A stretch of 64,000 nt of DNA. It comes from Gracilinanus agilis. Taxonomy: Eukaryota. Each line of letters begins with the position of its first letter. The stretch's first letter is position 1. The notes below the pieces were generated by a model. The model had not been told where the DNA came from. It was given only the letters and a program-made list of their open reading frames with translations, and made no database searches. A program made the position numbers and the translations under genes. Shown piece by piece: positions 25,131-38,400 of the stretch. The stretch covers positions 65,853,749-65,917,748 of the forward strand of contig NC_058133.1 of NCBI RefSeq assembly GCF_016433145.1, given 5' to 3'.

Positions 25131-26459
25131 TGTTACCTAACTCCTGATAGAGAGACGACAAAATCAAGGTACAGAAAGGGATATACATTTTTGGGCATGT
25201 CCATTGTGTTGATTCATTTTGCTTGACTATTCTTATTTGTTAAAACTTTTTTTTCTTTGCACTTGGTTTTTAGTTGTGGGGGAGAGGTAAAGAATTTTTA
25301 AGGAATATGGCTGCAATAGTAATGCAAAGAAAAGGGTTATTAACACTTTAAAAAATAAACAGAAGAAAAGGAAGTTCAGAAGGAAGAAAGGGAAAACAGA
25401 AGAAGGTATAGTAAGAAAAGACATTTTTAAAAATTCAACTGAACCAAGTGTCTGGTTTCTCAGTTGCCAGCTCAATACCATGGGACTTGGCCAAATATAT
25501 AATTCTTCAGAACTGGCTCCTCACTAGCTATGGCTATTGGCAAATTCTGTCATACATTTCATTAGGCTTCTGGTAACTCTTCCAGTTTCTTAAAAATTCC
25601 ATAGACTATAGAGACAATAAATCAGCAGTAACATTCACACACGGAGAAAGAAAGAGAACTTGAAGCAGATTCTCCACATTCTCAAGGAACTCTTGCCTAA
25701 TAGGAGCAACATAAAAACAACTGTAGACAAACAAGATATAGGATAAAATGGAGATTATTGACTAGGGGGCTGATATGGTCCATCTCTTTTAATTCAGTCA
25801 CATTTAATAGGACCCTGAGAAAGTGTTATGCTATAACGATAATAAATAGTCCATTTAAACCAGAGAAACTCAAAGTTTCTCAGATTTACTTTCTGGAAAA
25901 TGAAGATAATCCCAGTCAGCTTTTTACTCAGTAGGTTTCTGTTTTATACATTATGCTCTCAATCAGTCAAGACTTCTTTTGGAGCAAAGCAGATAGAAGC
26001 TTTTAGATTGATTTTTTTTTTCATTTTAAAAAGTATCCATGCTTTAAAATATTTTTTACCATACAATAATTTTGTCTTTAGTGAAAGATTCTTTATTCAT
26101 CCATTAATACATTGATGTGTTTTTGCATGCTTTTGTTTCTAAATATTGAACTCATCCTTGTAACTCTGTTTTTGTAATGCAAATTAATAATAAATAACCA
26201 CAAATAATATTTTGCATGCATTTTGACAGGGTTTAAAATGTTTTAAAATAGGCATTTGTTAATATTATTGCTCTTTAGTGCTCTTTCTTCACTTAATCCC
26301 TCTCTTGTTTAGGTAGTAGGACTATATTTGTCATACAAAATTACTATAGAATCATAGATTCGGAGATGAAAGGGACTTCCGAGGACATGAAGTACCACCT
26401 TCTCGTTTTATAAAAGGTGAAATTGAGATCCAGGGAAGTTAAGATAATTGAATAAGGTC

Positions 26460-27410
26460 ATTAAAATATAAAACATGGGAATGAAGTTTGAATACACCTG
26501 ACACCAGTTACCATACTACATTTCTCCTCCAAGAAATTTTGGCATATTTTTTAATCACAGTTATTAATTATTTCTATGATTTATATTCTTTGACTCACTC
26601 ATTATTAAGGATGCCAGTATTAACTTTTCACTTAGGACTATCTTTTTCATGTTACCTTTATATTATTATTTACATTATGCCATAAATATGGGATATGTTT
26701 AGCATTTCTTCTTTTTTATATTCACGTAGAACTTTTCTGTTCTGTAGTATATGCTCTACTTTCATATGGTGCCGAGAAATGTATTCATTCTTTAAGCTTC
26801 CTATTTAGAAGATTCCTCAAATCTCTCAGAATATTCACATTCTTCAACAAATTGTTCCATTCTATATATTCCTTTTTAGTTATTTCTTTTAGATTTTCAC
26901 AGCTCTGATACATGAATATTAAAGTCTCTAACTATTGTTGAATTACTATCAACATATTTTTACAATTAAAATCAATTTAAGAATTTGGATTCTGTGCTAT
27001 TTGATGTATCCATGTTTAGTACTGTTATCAATCTTTTGTTAACATTCCTATAAGAATATTATAACTTTCCCATTGATCTTAATTAGTATTATGAATTTTT
27101 CTTTTTAGAAGATACATATAGATAATTATGGATGCCTTTACTTTTTAAATGCTTATTGTACAAAATGGATGATTAGACTTTGCTTTCTTATCCATTGTTA
27201 CTCTATTTTATTTTTACACTATTCACATTTAAAATTATGATTATTAGGTTAGTTTCCCTCCCTTTGTTTCTTTAGTATTATTTTATATTGTAGCTAAAGC
27301 TTTGAGAATACTTTTATTAATTCAGCTAACACAGGAAATATGGGTCCCCAGAGCTCAAATGTATATATTTTTTTGTAGTTCTAAAGGCACCTTTGAGTGG
27401 TTGAGGTATC
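26460..27410 (-). mobile_element. Ancient L1-like fragment
   Basis: Degenerate resemblance to the L1 ORF2 endonuclease region on the - strand. Confidence 0.5.
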
Positions 27411-27429
27411 TTTTAAATATTTTACACTT

Positions 27430-27635
27430 GGTGGCAGCTGGGTGGCTCAGTGGATTGAGAGCCAGGCCTAGAGATGGGAGGTCCTAGGTTCAAATCTGGC
27501 CTCAGACACTTCCCAGCTGTGTGACCCTGGCCAAGTCACTTGATCCCCATTTCTTAGCCCTTTCCACTCTTCTGCCTTGGAGCCAATACACAGTATTGAC
27601 TCCAAGAGGGAAGGTGAGAGTTTAAAAAAATAAAA
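27430..27635 (+). mobile_element. SINE1_Mdo-type SINE (long-tail subfamily) with 14-bp TSD
   Basis: TSD aaatattttacact at 27415-27428 and 27636-27649. Confidence 0.93.
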
Positions 27636-28386
27636 AAATATTTTACACTCCTAAGCCCCTCACTGGTATATTTCCCCAACAATTATCAACTAATACATAT
27701 TGAATTACTAATTAAATCAATAATATGGAATTTGCTTTTTACTAAGATGGCATAGGAAGATCATGGCATATACCATCCCCTTAAAGGTGTGACATACTCT
27801 CCATCTCCTGTTTAAACTAGTGATGAATTAGTTCAAATTTTGAGAATGCATCTGGTAATTAGACAATTCATAGCTTCTGGAAGCTTTTTTGCTGACATCA
27901 CTAAGAAGCTCTTATTAAGCATGTTGTAGTCTTTCTGCTGATCTCCTAATAGATTAATAAAGCTGCCTTTCCTCAATATTTCTTCTTTATCCTTAGCACC
28001 TGATGAAAGCTCTTGACAAGCAACCTAAATATAGAGGTAGTAATAGAGGATTTAGTCGTCCTAATTGAATTCGGGGGCCTCACCAGATAACTGAATTCTT
28101 AGACAATGAAAGAACTGCTAGGTATGATTGGTGAGACAACATCAAGTGATGTTTCAAAGACAGTGAAGAATAAGAAAAGTTCTATAAGACTAGAGAAAGA
28201 AGAATGTCCTAATGCTCAAATAAGGCAGGAAAAGACTACTGACCAGAATCTTTCAGTTCTTGGGAAATTCTAGAAAAGATCAAAAAGAAGATTGTTAAAA
28301 AGTGATTACAAAAAAAGGAACATAGCTCCGTCAGAAATAAGTCATAGTTCTGGCTCAGGGTAAAAGAAGTTGATCATGTCCTATTG

Positions 28387-28578
28387 CAGGGGTTGGCAAA
28401 GTATGGCTCTTGAGCCATATCTGGCTCCACCTCCAGACCGGCCTGACTGGGCAGAGCTCCAGGATGTGCCCCAGGGGGCCCTTCAACCCCTGTCCCATAT
28501 TCCAGCGCCTTCCACCTCCATCCTCCTCCTTCCGCCAGCGTTTATGGCTCTCATGGCCAAAAAGGTTGCCGACCATTG
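28387..28578 (+). mobile_element. hAT (Charlie-like) non-autonomous transposon (MITE), 192 bp
   Basis: TIRs caggggttggcaa / ttgccgaccattg, subterminal palindrome tatggctc-tt-gagccata, degenerate 8-bp flanks tcctattg / ctctatag. Confidence 0.85.
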
Positions 28579-30199
28579 CTCTATAGGGTCATAGGTCCTT
28601 TTGGCCACTGGCATAGGTCTTAGTGGTGCCATGCTTGGAACTTCTCCTATTAGATGAGAAATGGTTCTCCCCTTACCAGAATTTCCTGAGGCACAAACTA
28701 ATAGATAGTGATACATATCTAGGTTTAGGATCTACCACAAAATTAATATGTTTCTGATATGTTGGGATTATGGGAATCTTTCTGTAGAAAATAAAATATC
28801 TTCAAAGAGGATAAATTAAATGATATTACCATGTTTAACTAGATATTTACCACAGAAATAAATTTCTTTTCCTAAAATTTTAGGAACATGTTCTAGCCTC
28901 AATCAAGTGAGCATTTTGCAGAAAAGTTCAAAGCAAAATGAGCAGTTGACTTATGACCTTCTGGCTGCTTAGGAAAATACCACTGCTATTTAACAGTGTG
29001 ATAGAGCAGGACAGTCAAATGGCAGTTGCTCTTTAAAAACAAAACAAATGAACAAAATGAGCCTACAAGACAACTGAATAGATCATTTCCAGATCATTTC
29101 ACCAGTTCTATAGTAAATTATCTTCTTTCTTCATGTGGTTTGAAATGATATGTGTGGTCTGCTCCATTGGTTAAAAAGACTATTTTTCTGGTTGCAAAGA
29201 TTATGATTAGAAACTGGTGAGTTTGTTCTGTCACTTCAAGCCTCCTTACCTCTCCATCCCAGTATCAAATACAAAAAACGGAAGCTACAAAATAACCAGT
29301 TCCTATTTTGCCAATTAAAAATTATATTGGATCAAGTAGTTGGAACCAATATTGACATTTTTATCCTCTGTTCTTTACACTTCATTGGCAGACTGTCAAG
29401 AGGGAAATACAGAATGTAACTTTGTCCTTTGTCACTTTGGTGGATTTGATATCTATGCTCCAAAGTGTCTTTTCTTTGACAATCGAGTGGATGAGCTATC
29501 ATACATTTGAAATGTGTGTATCAAGCATAGTCCATGCTACCAAAACTCCTATAAAAAGTAATCTTTATTACTCCTTTGTCTTCTACTTACTTATTATATA
29601 AACCACACATTAAAGTTGAGAATGCTCCAAAGAGAAGTGTAATAGGAGAAATGTAGAAATTGATACAGTCTATGTAATGGACATCTATGATCTGATAACT
29701 GGAATGCCACAATGTTGGCATTTTAGGTATATCTTGAATTGTATATTCATTTCAATGTCATGTTTAGCTTAATATCAAGTCTTACTCCAATATTTCTGAT
29801 AGTTTGGATGCTTTTGCTTTACCCATAAGCTATCCCTTTTCTTTTGGGAAAATATATTTCTTAGTTAATTAAAAGAAGTCATGATTAACTATTTCTTTTT
29901 TTGATTGGGCTATTAAAGATATGAGGAATAATATTCTTTCCTCAGATTTTTAGCAAAGTATTTGATAAAGTTGCTCATTCTATTCTTGTGGAAAAGATGG
30001 AGACATTTGGGCAAAATGATAGTATGATTAGATGGATTCAGTACTGGTTAATGACTGAGTAGTCATTTTTAGTTGCATGTTTACCTTACAAGTTGTCTCC
30101 AGTGGAGTTTCCTAAGAATCTATGTTTAGCTTTGAACTATTTTACATTTTTTTATTAGCGATTTCTATTTACACTTAGAGGTATCAACCTCAAAGTTTG

Positions 30200-30355
30200 C
30201 AAAAAAATTATTCAGTTCATCTCCTACCAGATTAAAATGTAATAAGGAAATATTAAGCAAAACAAATCAAAATATAATACAATATAGATATTGTTAATTT
30301 GTGGTTTTCTAAGACCTTATGCTCCCTCAGGGATCTGTTTCTTTTGAGTCTTACA
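30200..30355. mobile_element. Old hAT/Charlie-like MITE relic
   Basis: ccagattaaaatgtaat...gtggttttctaagac...cagggatc...ttttgagtcttacac. Confidence 0.6.
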
Positions 30356-30884
30356 CAAAGGCATATATGGCTTACTTATCAAACAACAGATGACACAAAA
30401 CTATGATAAATAGCTAACACCTTAGGTAGTAGATTCAGGATTGAAAAAAAAGATCTTGACTCAGCATTAGATGGAACCAATTAAATAAAATGCATTTGGC
30501 CTTGATATAAAATCTGTCACGTGAATGAAAAAGAAAATTAACTTTACTAATATAAGATGGTATAGACCTGGTTAAAGACTAGTTTGAAAAAAAATCTGTA
30601 CATTTCAGTGAACTACAAATGTAATATGAATCAGCAGCATGATGCAGTAGCCACAAAAACTAAGGAATATTTGGTTATGTTGGGAGGTATACTTATGATC
30701 CTTCTTGTCAGTTTACGTCAAAAATAGTATTATAAGTTCTGGGAGTCACAATTTAGGAATGAATGATATTGATAAGTTGGAAAGCTTATAGAAAATGATA
30801 ACCACAATGGTAAAAGATGGTGAATTTAGTCCATGTCATATCAAGATGTTGAAAGAACTAGGAATGCTGCTCTGGGGAATAAGC

Positions 30885-31130
30885 AGCTAGGGTAGTGAGG
30901 TGGTATAATAGATAAAAGTGTTGTTAGGAAGACTTATCCACTTGATTTCAAATCTGGCCTCTGGCACTTCCTAACCCTGTGACATTGGACAATATCTTAA
31001 CCCTGTTTGTTTCTATTCCTCATCTGCAAGATAAGCTGGAGAAGGAATTGGATAATGCTCTAGTATCTTTGCCAAGAAAACCCCAAATTGGGTCACAAAG
31101 AGTTAGACGTGACTGAAATTATTGAACAGC
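30885..31130 (+). mobile_element. MAR1-type SINE
   Basis: RTE-like tail ctagtatctttgccaagaaaaccccaaattgggtcacaaagagttagacgtgactgaa. Confidence 0.8.
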
Positions 31131-33458
31131 ATTCTGGAGAAACACACTTCTTGGAGGGATATGGTAACTGTATTTGAGTACTTAAAAAAGCTGTCATATG
31201 GATAAAGTGTTAGATATTTTGTAGATCCCAAAAGGCATAACCAGAAACAATGAATAAAAGTTGCAAAAGAGGCAAATTTAGACTTGAAATGAAGAAAGCT
31301 TCCTAACAGAGCTAACCTGAAGTCAGATGAGTTGATATAAGGGTGATGGTTTCCCCTTCCTTGGAATTCTGAACATAGAAGTTGGATGAGCACTTGTAAG
31401 ACATGTTAGAGTGCCGAATCTTTTCTTGTATGGCTTGAAGTAGTTGGTCAATAAAGATTCTCCCAATTCTAAAGATTCTGTGATAATCATGTAAGAAAAA
31501 AATTCCCAACAATTAGAACAATTTACAAGAGGATTTTGGAACTGGAATTGGACTAGAGATCTTTAAGCAAAGTCTTGATGACCACACATTGAACATATTG
31601 TAGGGATTCCTAATCTTGTCCAAAATGGCATTAATAGTCTCTGAAATTGCTTATGAATCAAAGAGTCTTTGATTCTGTGACTCATAGGGAAAGCTTTGCA
31701 AAGTAATGCAATGTAAAAAAATATGCTGTTATTTTTATTATGATATATAGTTAGTTCACAGGTCTGTTGTGATGAAACCACTTTATAAATTTCATATACG
31801 TATATGTAAATAAAATGAAGTTAAATTTCTATTGTCACAGAAAACATTATTTGATGAGTCAATACAACTTGATAAGGATTCAAAATTTACATAATAAGAA
31901 TCTCTCCATTATCCCCTAAAATTGAAGTTTCAAAGCTAATTCATATTAGAATGGGTATTTTAAAATCTCCAAATCAGAATATGTAGAAAATTATGCCCTT
32001 AGAAAGTGTTTTTACTCCAGTGCAGGTATCTACATTGCTTTTGAAAATAGCCAAAACAATTCACAGCTCTTGCTTTCCCATAGCTCCAAAAACGTTTGTC
32101 ATTTTTGTCTTTTGTCATCTTTGTCATCTAGTAGCTATTCGGTAAAACCTCAAAAGTTTTCTCCAATTTGAATTTCTCTGTTAGTGATTTAATTTTTCAT
32201 ATAGTTATTGGTAGCTTAGATTTTTTCCTTGGAAAATTTGCCTGTTCATTTCCTTCCATTATGAATTCCATTGGTGAATGACTTTTGTCCTTATGAATTT
32301 GAATCAGTTTCTTATTTAGATTAGATATGAGGCCTTTATAATACACACTTACTACAGTTTTTTTTGAAGTATTCCTTGAAGAATTTCATCATATTATTCA
32401 CCTAGCACATTTCCCCTTTCCATTTCACTGGTATCACACATAGGTTATAAAGTATGTATTATTTGTAATATGGCCAAGTCAGCCCTGCTGTAGATTTTTC
32501 TGATGTCTAAATGTATAATTTTTCAATTATATTATTTTTATTTTAACAATCATTTCAGGCGAAAAAACAATTTTGTGGAGTGAATTAAGCATTCTCTTTG
32601 TCTAAAAAAGCACCAAATCCTATTTCTTCCCATACACAGAATTTCATTTTGTAATTTAGATAAATAATGGCTGATGAAATTGTTCTTTTTACTTCCATTC
32701 TTTCTCCATAATCCTACCATTTAAATAGAAAGGCAAGCGTATTAGCAGAAAGCTTTTGTGTAGTGAGCTTTCAAGTTCTCATATTCACTTCCATTTGTAC
32801 CACGTGGACAATCTGGCTCCTGAGTTACTGAGATTTATGTTCTCTAGTGGTTTAAAGGAAATATATGCGCTGCACAGCCTGTTAAAATGATATCTCAATG
32901 CCATATAACAGACCAAGGTTTGTTTGTTTTCCAGTGTGCTGAGTATGTCCTGACACCTGTTTTCTCACAGTTGAAATGATACAGTGTGCATACTTCAGTT
33001 CTTGTTATATGAGCACCATGAAAATTCTATGAGTTGTAGCATTCATTATATCTTTTTCTCTCTTCTACAGAATGTGTTCTCCTATGGAATGCTACTGTTA
33101 AAAGCAGTATATTAGAGCCTTGGCATCAGACTATAGACCTATCTCTTGATTTTTCTTTTCACGTTATTTCTCTTATTCCAGTCTGAGGACTCTGGTTTAT
33201 TAAGAAGATATCTCCTATTCTTATATGAATGCAATCTATTGTTTACAGACCACTTCTATGTGTATTTTACCATCCTAGGGAATGTAAAAGGCTTAGCCAT
33301 TGTTTCTTAAATTCAGATTATCAGTGTCTCCAATATCACCCTTACTTGTGAACATGGAGAGCCTTTCTTTCATCAGCCCCCAACTGCTGGAGCTGTTTGG
33401 GAAATGCTTTTCCCTATGGGTCTTTTGAAAATTTAGTTTAAAAAAAGGAAGAATGCAT

Positions 33459-33460
<2 letters not shown>

Positions 33461-33515
<55 letters not shown>
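33461..33515. repeat. (TG)24+ microsatellite
   Basis: Directly visible. Confidence 1.
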
Positions 33516-34816
33516 CACACACTTATGTGTGCACTCATCTTAGGGCTCATTCTGATGAGTGGTGACTAAATTTTGGTACATCTTGGCCTTTGAGATTCCC
33601 AGATGTTATTTATAATCTTGTGGTAAATATTTTCTGTAATTGTTTTGAAGTAGAGCCATATCTAGGGTATGATAAAACAGGGTGATTAACACTGGTCCCA
33701 TGCTTTAAGATGTTTCACTTTGCTAGCAGCTTGGCCAATGAGTCAGGGCAGTACTCAGTACAGGAAAAAGAAGATTGCATAAGTGGCTCAGCCAACTGGT
33801 GCTAAAATCATACCAATGGAATCAGGCTACTATTTGCCTTTTTCCCATCAGTTTCCAGTCAGTGTGGGAATTTCCCTTTCCTCCAACCTTACCCATGCAA
33901 TCCATATTCTGCATGTTACACTTTTGTGTCTTGCTCACTATTCCAAGCCACCAACAAGCAGTCCCTTTTAAGTTAATTTTTAGCTTTTTTATGAAAATAA
34001 ATGTTAAATGACATAGTTATATCCACAATTCCCAAACATTATTAACTCAAGAGAATAAGGATTATACAAGCTATATAATCATTGAAAGTACAAAAAGAAA
34101 AGATAAGAAATAACTCCCCACAATGTGAAACTTGAAATAAGAGGTGGTGTCAAGATGGTGAATTAAGGATAGCCTCCTCACTTCCAGCTGAATTCGCCCA
34201 ACAGTCCCTTCCAAAAAACTTTAAAATGACCTTTCAAATCAAATTATTGAGGTGCAGAGTCAACAAAAGGTTGAGGTGAGACATCTTTTGAGTCTAAGAA
34301 AAACTTCAGAAGGTGGCCACAGAAGCTTCTGACATGTGGCTGAAGACCTTTCTGGACCCCATACACTTGGCTGCATCAATAGCAGCAGCCACAGCAGCCC
34401 AGCTGGAGCTCTCAGACCAGAGACAGTAAATGGATTGGATAACTGATGAGAAAGAGATTACCAGGGACTCTCTGCTGAGGATGACTGGCTTTGATTGGCA
34501 ATTCATATTAGCTCATATGCAGTTCAGTGTTGCAATTCTATGGTAAAGAAAAACACTGGTGATTGGGAGAAGGGGTCCTGGTCACAGTACCAAAGCAAAG
34601 AGGAATACTAGCACTTATGAGTGGACCAGAGTCCTTTCTTATAAAGAACAGAGTACAGGCCTGGAGAGCAGTGACCACACTTCTCTGAGGGATAATAATC
34701 TCCCTGGAAGCATCAAAACTTACAAACTGCCAAAACTAGAACTGAAAACAGTAGAACACAAAATCCTGAAACTTGGGACAATACTTTTCCAGCCATGGAT
34801 GAGCAGAGGCCAATCT

Positions 34817-34817
<1 letters not shown>

Positions 34818-34888
<71 letters not shown>
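34818..34888. repeat. (ATCT)17 microsatellite
   Basis: Directly visible. It sits at the tail of a nested antisense L1 3' fragment. Confidence 1.
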
Positions 34889-34889
34889 G

Positions 34890-35485
34890 ACAATTACATG
34901 GAATAACAAATTTCCACAACAGTTTTCCCAAGTTATATGACTAAACTTATCTTCTTCCTTCTTCATTCCCAGTTTTGGAAGGTGATTTGATCTGGGCTAC
35001 ATATGAATTATCATACAAAATATATTTTCATATTGTTCACTTTTATAAATGAGTAAACTTATAAAATCCAAACCCCAAATTTAACCCATATAAACAATTT
35101 AAAAATTTAATGTTTTCATCTGGTGTTACTTCAAAACAAGTACCTTCCTGTTAAATTAACTAAAGCCTATTGTTAATTTCAGTTTAGTCTATTTCCCTCA
35201 GCCTGTGTTTAAGTCTGAGTCCTGGTCTATAAGCCCTGCTGTATTTGCCTGTTAGATTAATTCTCTCTCCCCAAATATCTTTTCCCTTCAGTATTCTGAT
35301 TCCAACAGTTCTTTCTCTGGAGGTGGCTAGCATTTTTTGTCATAAGTCCCTCTGAACTGTCCCGGATCATTGTATTGCAGATAATAGTGAAATATATTAA
35401 GTTGGTCATTCCATAATATTGCTATTACTGTATACAATGTTTTCCTTGTTCTGCTTATTTTACTAGGCATCAGTTCATGAAAGCC
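34890..35485 (-). mobile_element. L1 3'UTR fragment nested in the 5'UTR of the + strand L1
   Basis: ctgattccaacagttctttctctggaggtgg.tagcattttt...gtccctctgaactgtcccggatcattgtattgc; the host L1 5'UTR resumes after about 35490. Confidence 0.75.
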
Positions 35486-38400
35486 TTTTGGAGCCCAATT
35501 TTAACTTTTAATTTTTTTTTAAAATTTAAAATTTTAGTATTTGATTCAAAATAAAAAATAGGCTGGAAAAGTGAAAAAAAATTGACCATAAAAAACTGCT
35601 AAGGTGGCATGGAAGACCAAGACATAAACACAGACGAAGACAACAATGTGAAAATAGCTACAAAAACAAAAGAAAAATGCTAATTAGACACAAACTTAAC
35701 AAGAATTCCTAGAAAAGCTAAAGAAGGAGATAAAACTGATAGAGGAAAAATTATGAAAAGAAATTATAGTTATGTACAAAAATATTTATTTTCATGAATT
35801 TTCATCTCATATAAGCAATATATGTATTATTTCACATGGAAATATGTATTGCATGAGATCACATTTATAACCTATGTCATATTACCTTCCATTTCAGGAG
35901 TAGGTGGGAAAGAAGGAGAGAACTTGAATCACAAAATACCAGAAAATTATTATTAAAATTGTATCTACATATAATCTTGAAAAAATAAAATACAAAAAAT
36001 TAGTTATGCAAGAACATTATGTAAAGAGAATTAAAACTTGGTAAAACAGAAGTACCAAAATGTTGAAGAAAATAATATCTTAAAAAATCAGAATTGTCCA
36101 AATGATAAAAGAGGTACAAAAATTCACTAAAGAACTGCTTAAAAGCATAATTGCTCAAATGAAAAAAGGGGTACAATATTACTGAAGAGAAAATGATTTC
36201 TTACAAATCAGAATTGGACAAATGGAATTTTATCACTCTATGAGATATCAAGAATCAATAAACAAAGTCAAAGGAATGAAAAAAAGAAGAAATTGTGAAA
36301 TATCTCATTGGAAAAACAACTGACCTAGAAAATAGATCAAGGAGAGCTAACCTAAGAATTATTGAACTACCTGAAAGTCATAAATGTGGAAAGAGCCTAG
36401 ATATCATATTTTTAAAAAATTATCAAGGAAAACTATGCTAAAATCTTAGTTTAAGAAGATAAAATAGAAATTGAAGGAACTCACCAATCACCTACTCAAA
36501 GAGATCCCCAAATGAAAACTTCAAGGAATATCATAGGCAATTTCCAAAGCTTCCAAATCAAAGATAAAAGATTCTAAGTAGTCAGAAAGAAATAATTCAA
36601 ATATTGTGTAGCTATTGTCAAGATCATATAAGATTTAGCACTTTAAAAGAGCAGAGGGCTTGGAATATGATATTCCTGTAAGGCAAAGGAGCAATGATTT
36701 TAATCAAGAATGACTTACCCAGCAAAAAGGAATTTAATCTTTAAGGGGGAAATGATATCTATTGAAATAGAGGACTTTCAAGAATTTTTGATGAAAATAC
36801 CAGAGCAGAATAAAAAATCTGACATTCAAACATAAGACTTCAGAAGCATAAAAGGTAAATATAAAAGAGAATGCATAAGAGATTCTATTAAGTTAAAATG
36901 TTGACCTTGCTATATGAAAAGATGATATATGTAACACCTAAGAACTTTGTTATTATTAGAGTAGTTAAAGGTTTATATAGACAGAGGCCTTGAATATGAG
37001 AGTTGATTATGTTCGAATTATCTCTAAAAAATGAAGGAATTAAAAAGAGAGATGTTTTGGGAGAAGGGAGAGACTGAATGGGGAATATCTCCTGACATAA
37101 AAGAGAGGTAAAAGGAAGAGCTTTTATGCTGGAAAGGAAATTGTGGGTGAGGTGTAGCAGGCAATATTGGAAAGCCACTCTCATCAAAATTCATCCAAAG
37201 GGTGCAGAAAACACACACACAAACATTCACATTTATATATACACTCAGTCATGCAGAGAAATGTAACTTACCAAATAGGGAAATAGATGGGGGAAGGGAT
37301 AAGAGAAATGAAATGGTGATAAAAGGGAGGGTAGATTAAAGGAGGCAGTGGTTAGAAACAAAAACATTTTTTTTGAGGAGATTCAGGATAAAAAGAGAGA
37401 GATAGAAAGAAACAGAAGAAAATGGGATAGAAGGAAATAAAGAGTTAGTAATCATAACTGTTAATATTAATGAGATGAGCTCATCCATAAAATGAATGCA
37501 GATAGAATGGATAAGAACCAATAATCCCACAGTATGTTGCTTACAAGTGATATACTTAAAACAGAAAGACAAACAATGAGTTAAAATAAAGGACTAGAGA
37601 AGAATCTAATGTGCTTCAGCTGAAATAGAAAAGGCAGGGGTAGGAAAATCTTGATCTCAGACAAAGCAAAAGAAAAATTAGACCTAATTAAAAGATAATC
37701 AGGGAAACTACATTATGCTAAAAGGTATCATAGACAATGAAATAATATAAAAATTCATAGCAAGTTTCTCTGATAAAGGCTTCATTTCTCAAATATATAC
37801 TGGGTAAAGAACTGAGTTAAATTTATATAGATAAGGTCATCATCCAATTGATGACTGAACAAAGGATATAAATGTGCAGATTTCCGAAGAAATCAAATCT
37901 GTAATTGTATGTAAAAGTGTTCTAAATCACTATTGATTAAAGAAATGAAAATTAAATTAACTCTGTTTTCCTGAATCCCCTCTAGCAATTATTGTTTGTA
38001 GAATTACCTTTTTTAGAATTTTGGCTATTAAAGGGAAAGAGAACTATAAGGCAGTACCTTTTAAATGTGCAGGTCAGGTGAAGTTTTAAGTTCCAGGAAA
38101 ATCCTTGGAGCGTTGGTAGATGACAAGGAAAGAGTCAGTAGACACAGATATTGAAAATGAGAATGAGAAAGGATGCTCATAACTTAGCTTACTTCCTTCA
38201 CAGCATTAGTCCCATCATTCCATGTCCAGCCTCAATCTACCACCACTCGTGCACCTCTGGCTTCTTAGGCATTTTTTTTCTTTCTTTCTTTTTTTTTTTG
38301 CTGGGCTTATTGTATCATCTAGTCTAAAGTCCTGGATTTTGAGATCCTCTGGCCTGAGCTCCTCAGTCAGAGACTCTACTCCTTTCACCTCAGAATGAAA

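Larger units (their letters stand above)
27990..31560 (+). mobile_element. L3/CR1 relic fragments (about 27990-28345 and 29850-31560) separated by unique DNA and a MITE
   Basis: CR1 RT DNA (gattttagcaaagtatttgataaagttgctcattctattcttgtggaaaagatggaga) and CR1 3' region. Confidence 0.75.
34140..37965 (+). mobile_element. L1-derived element: 5'UTR, degenerate ORF1, inter-ORF region, about 300 bp of ORF2, a large deletion, then ORF2 C-terminal part
   Basis: L1 5' start (caagatgg...), ORF1 RRM DNA at about 36300-36650, EN start at about 37445, jump at about 37750 to the F..S.SDKG.IS.IY-encoding DNA. Confidence 0.85.

Noticed and set aside
28884-28893. Perfect p53 half-site GAACATGTTC
   Set aside because: No adjacent second half-site, and single decamers are frequent.
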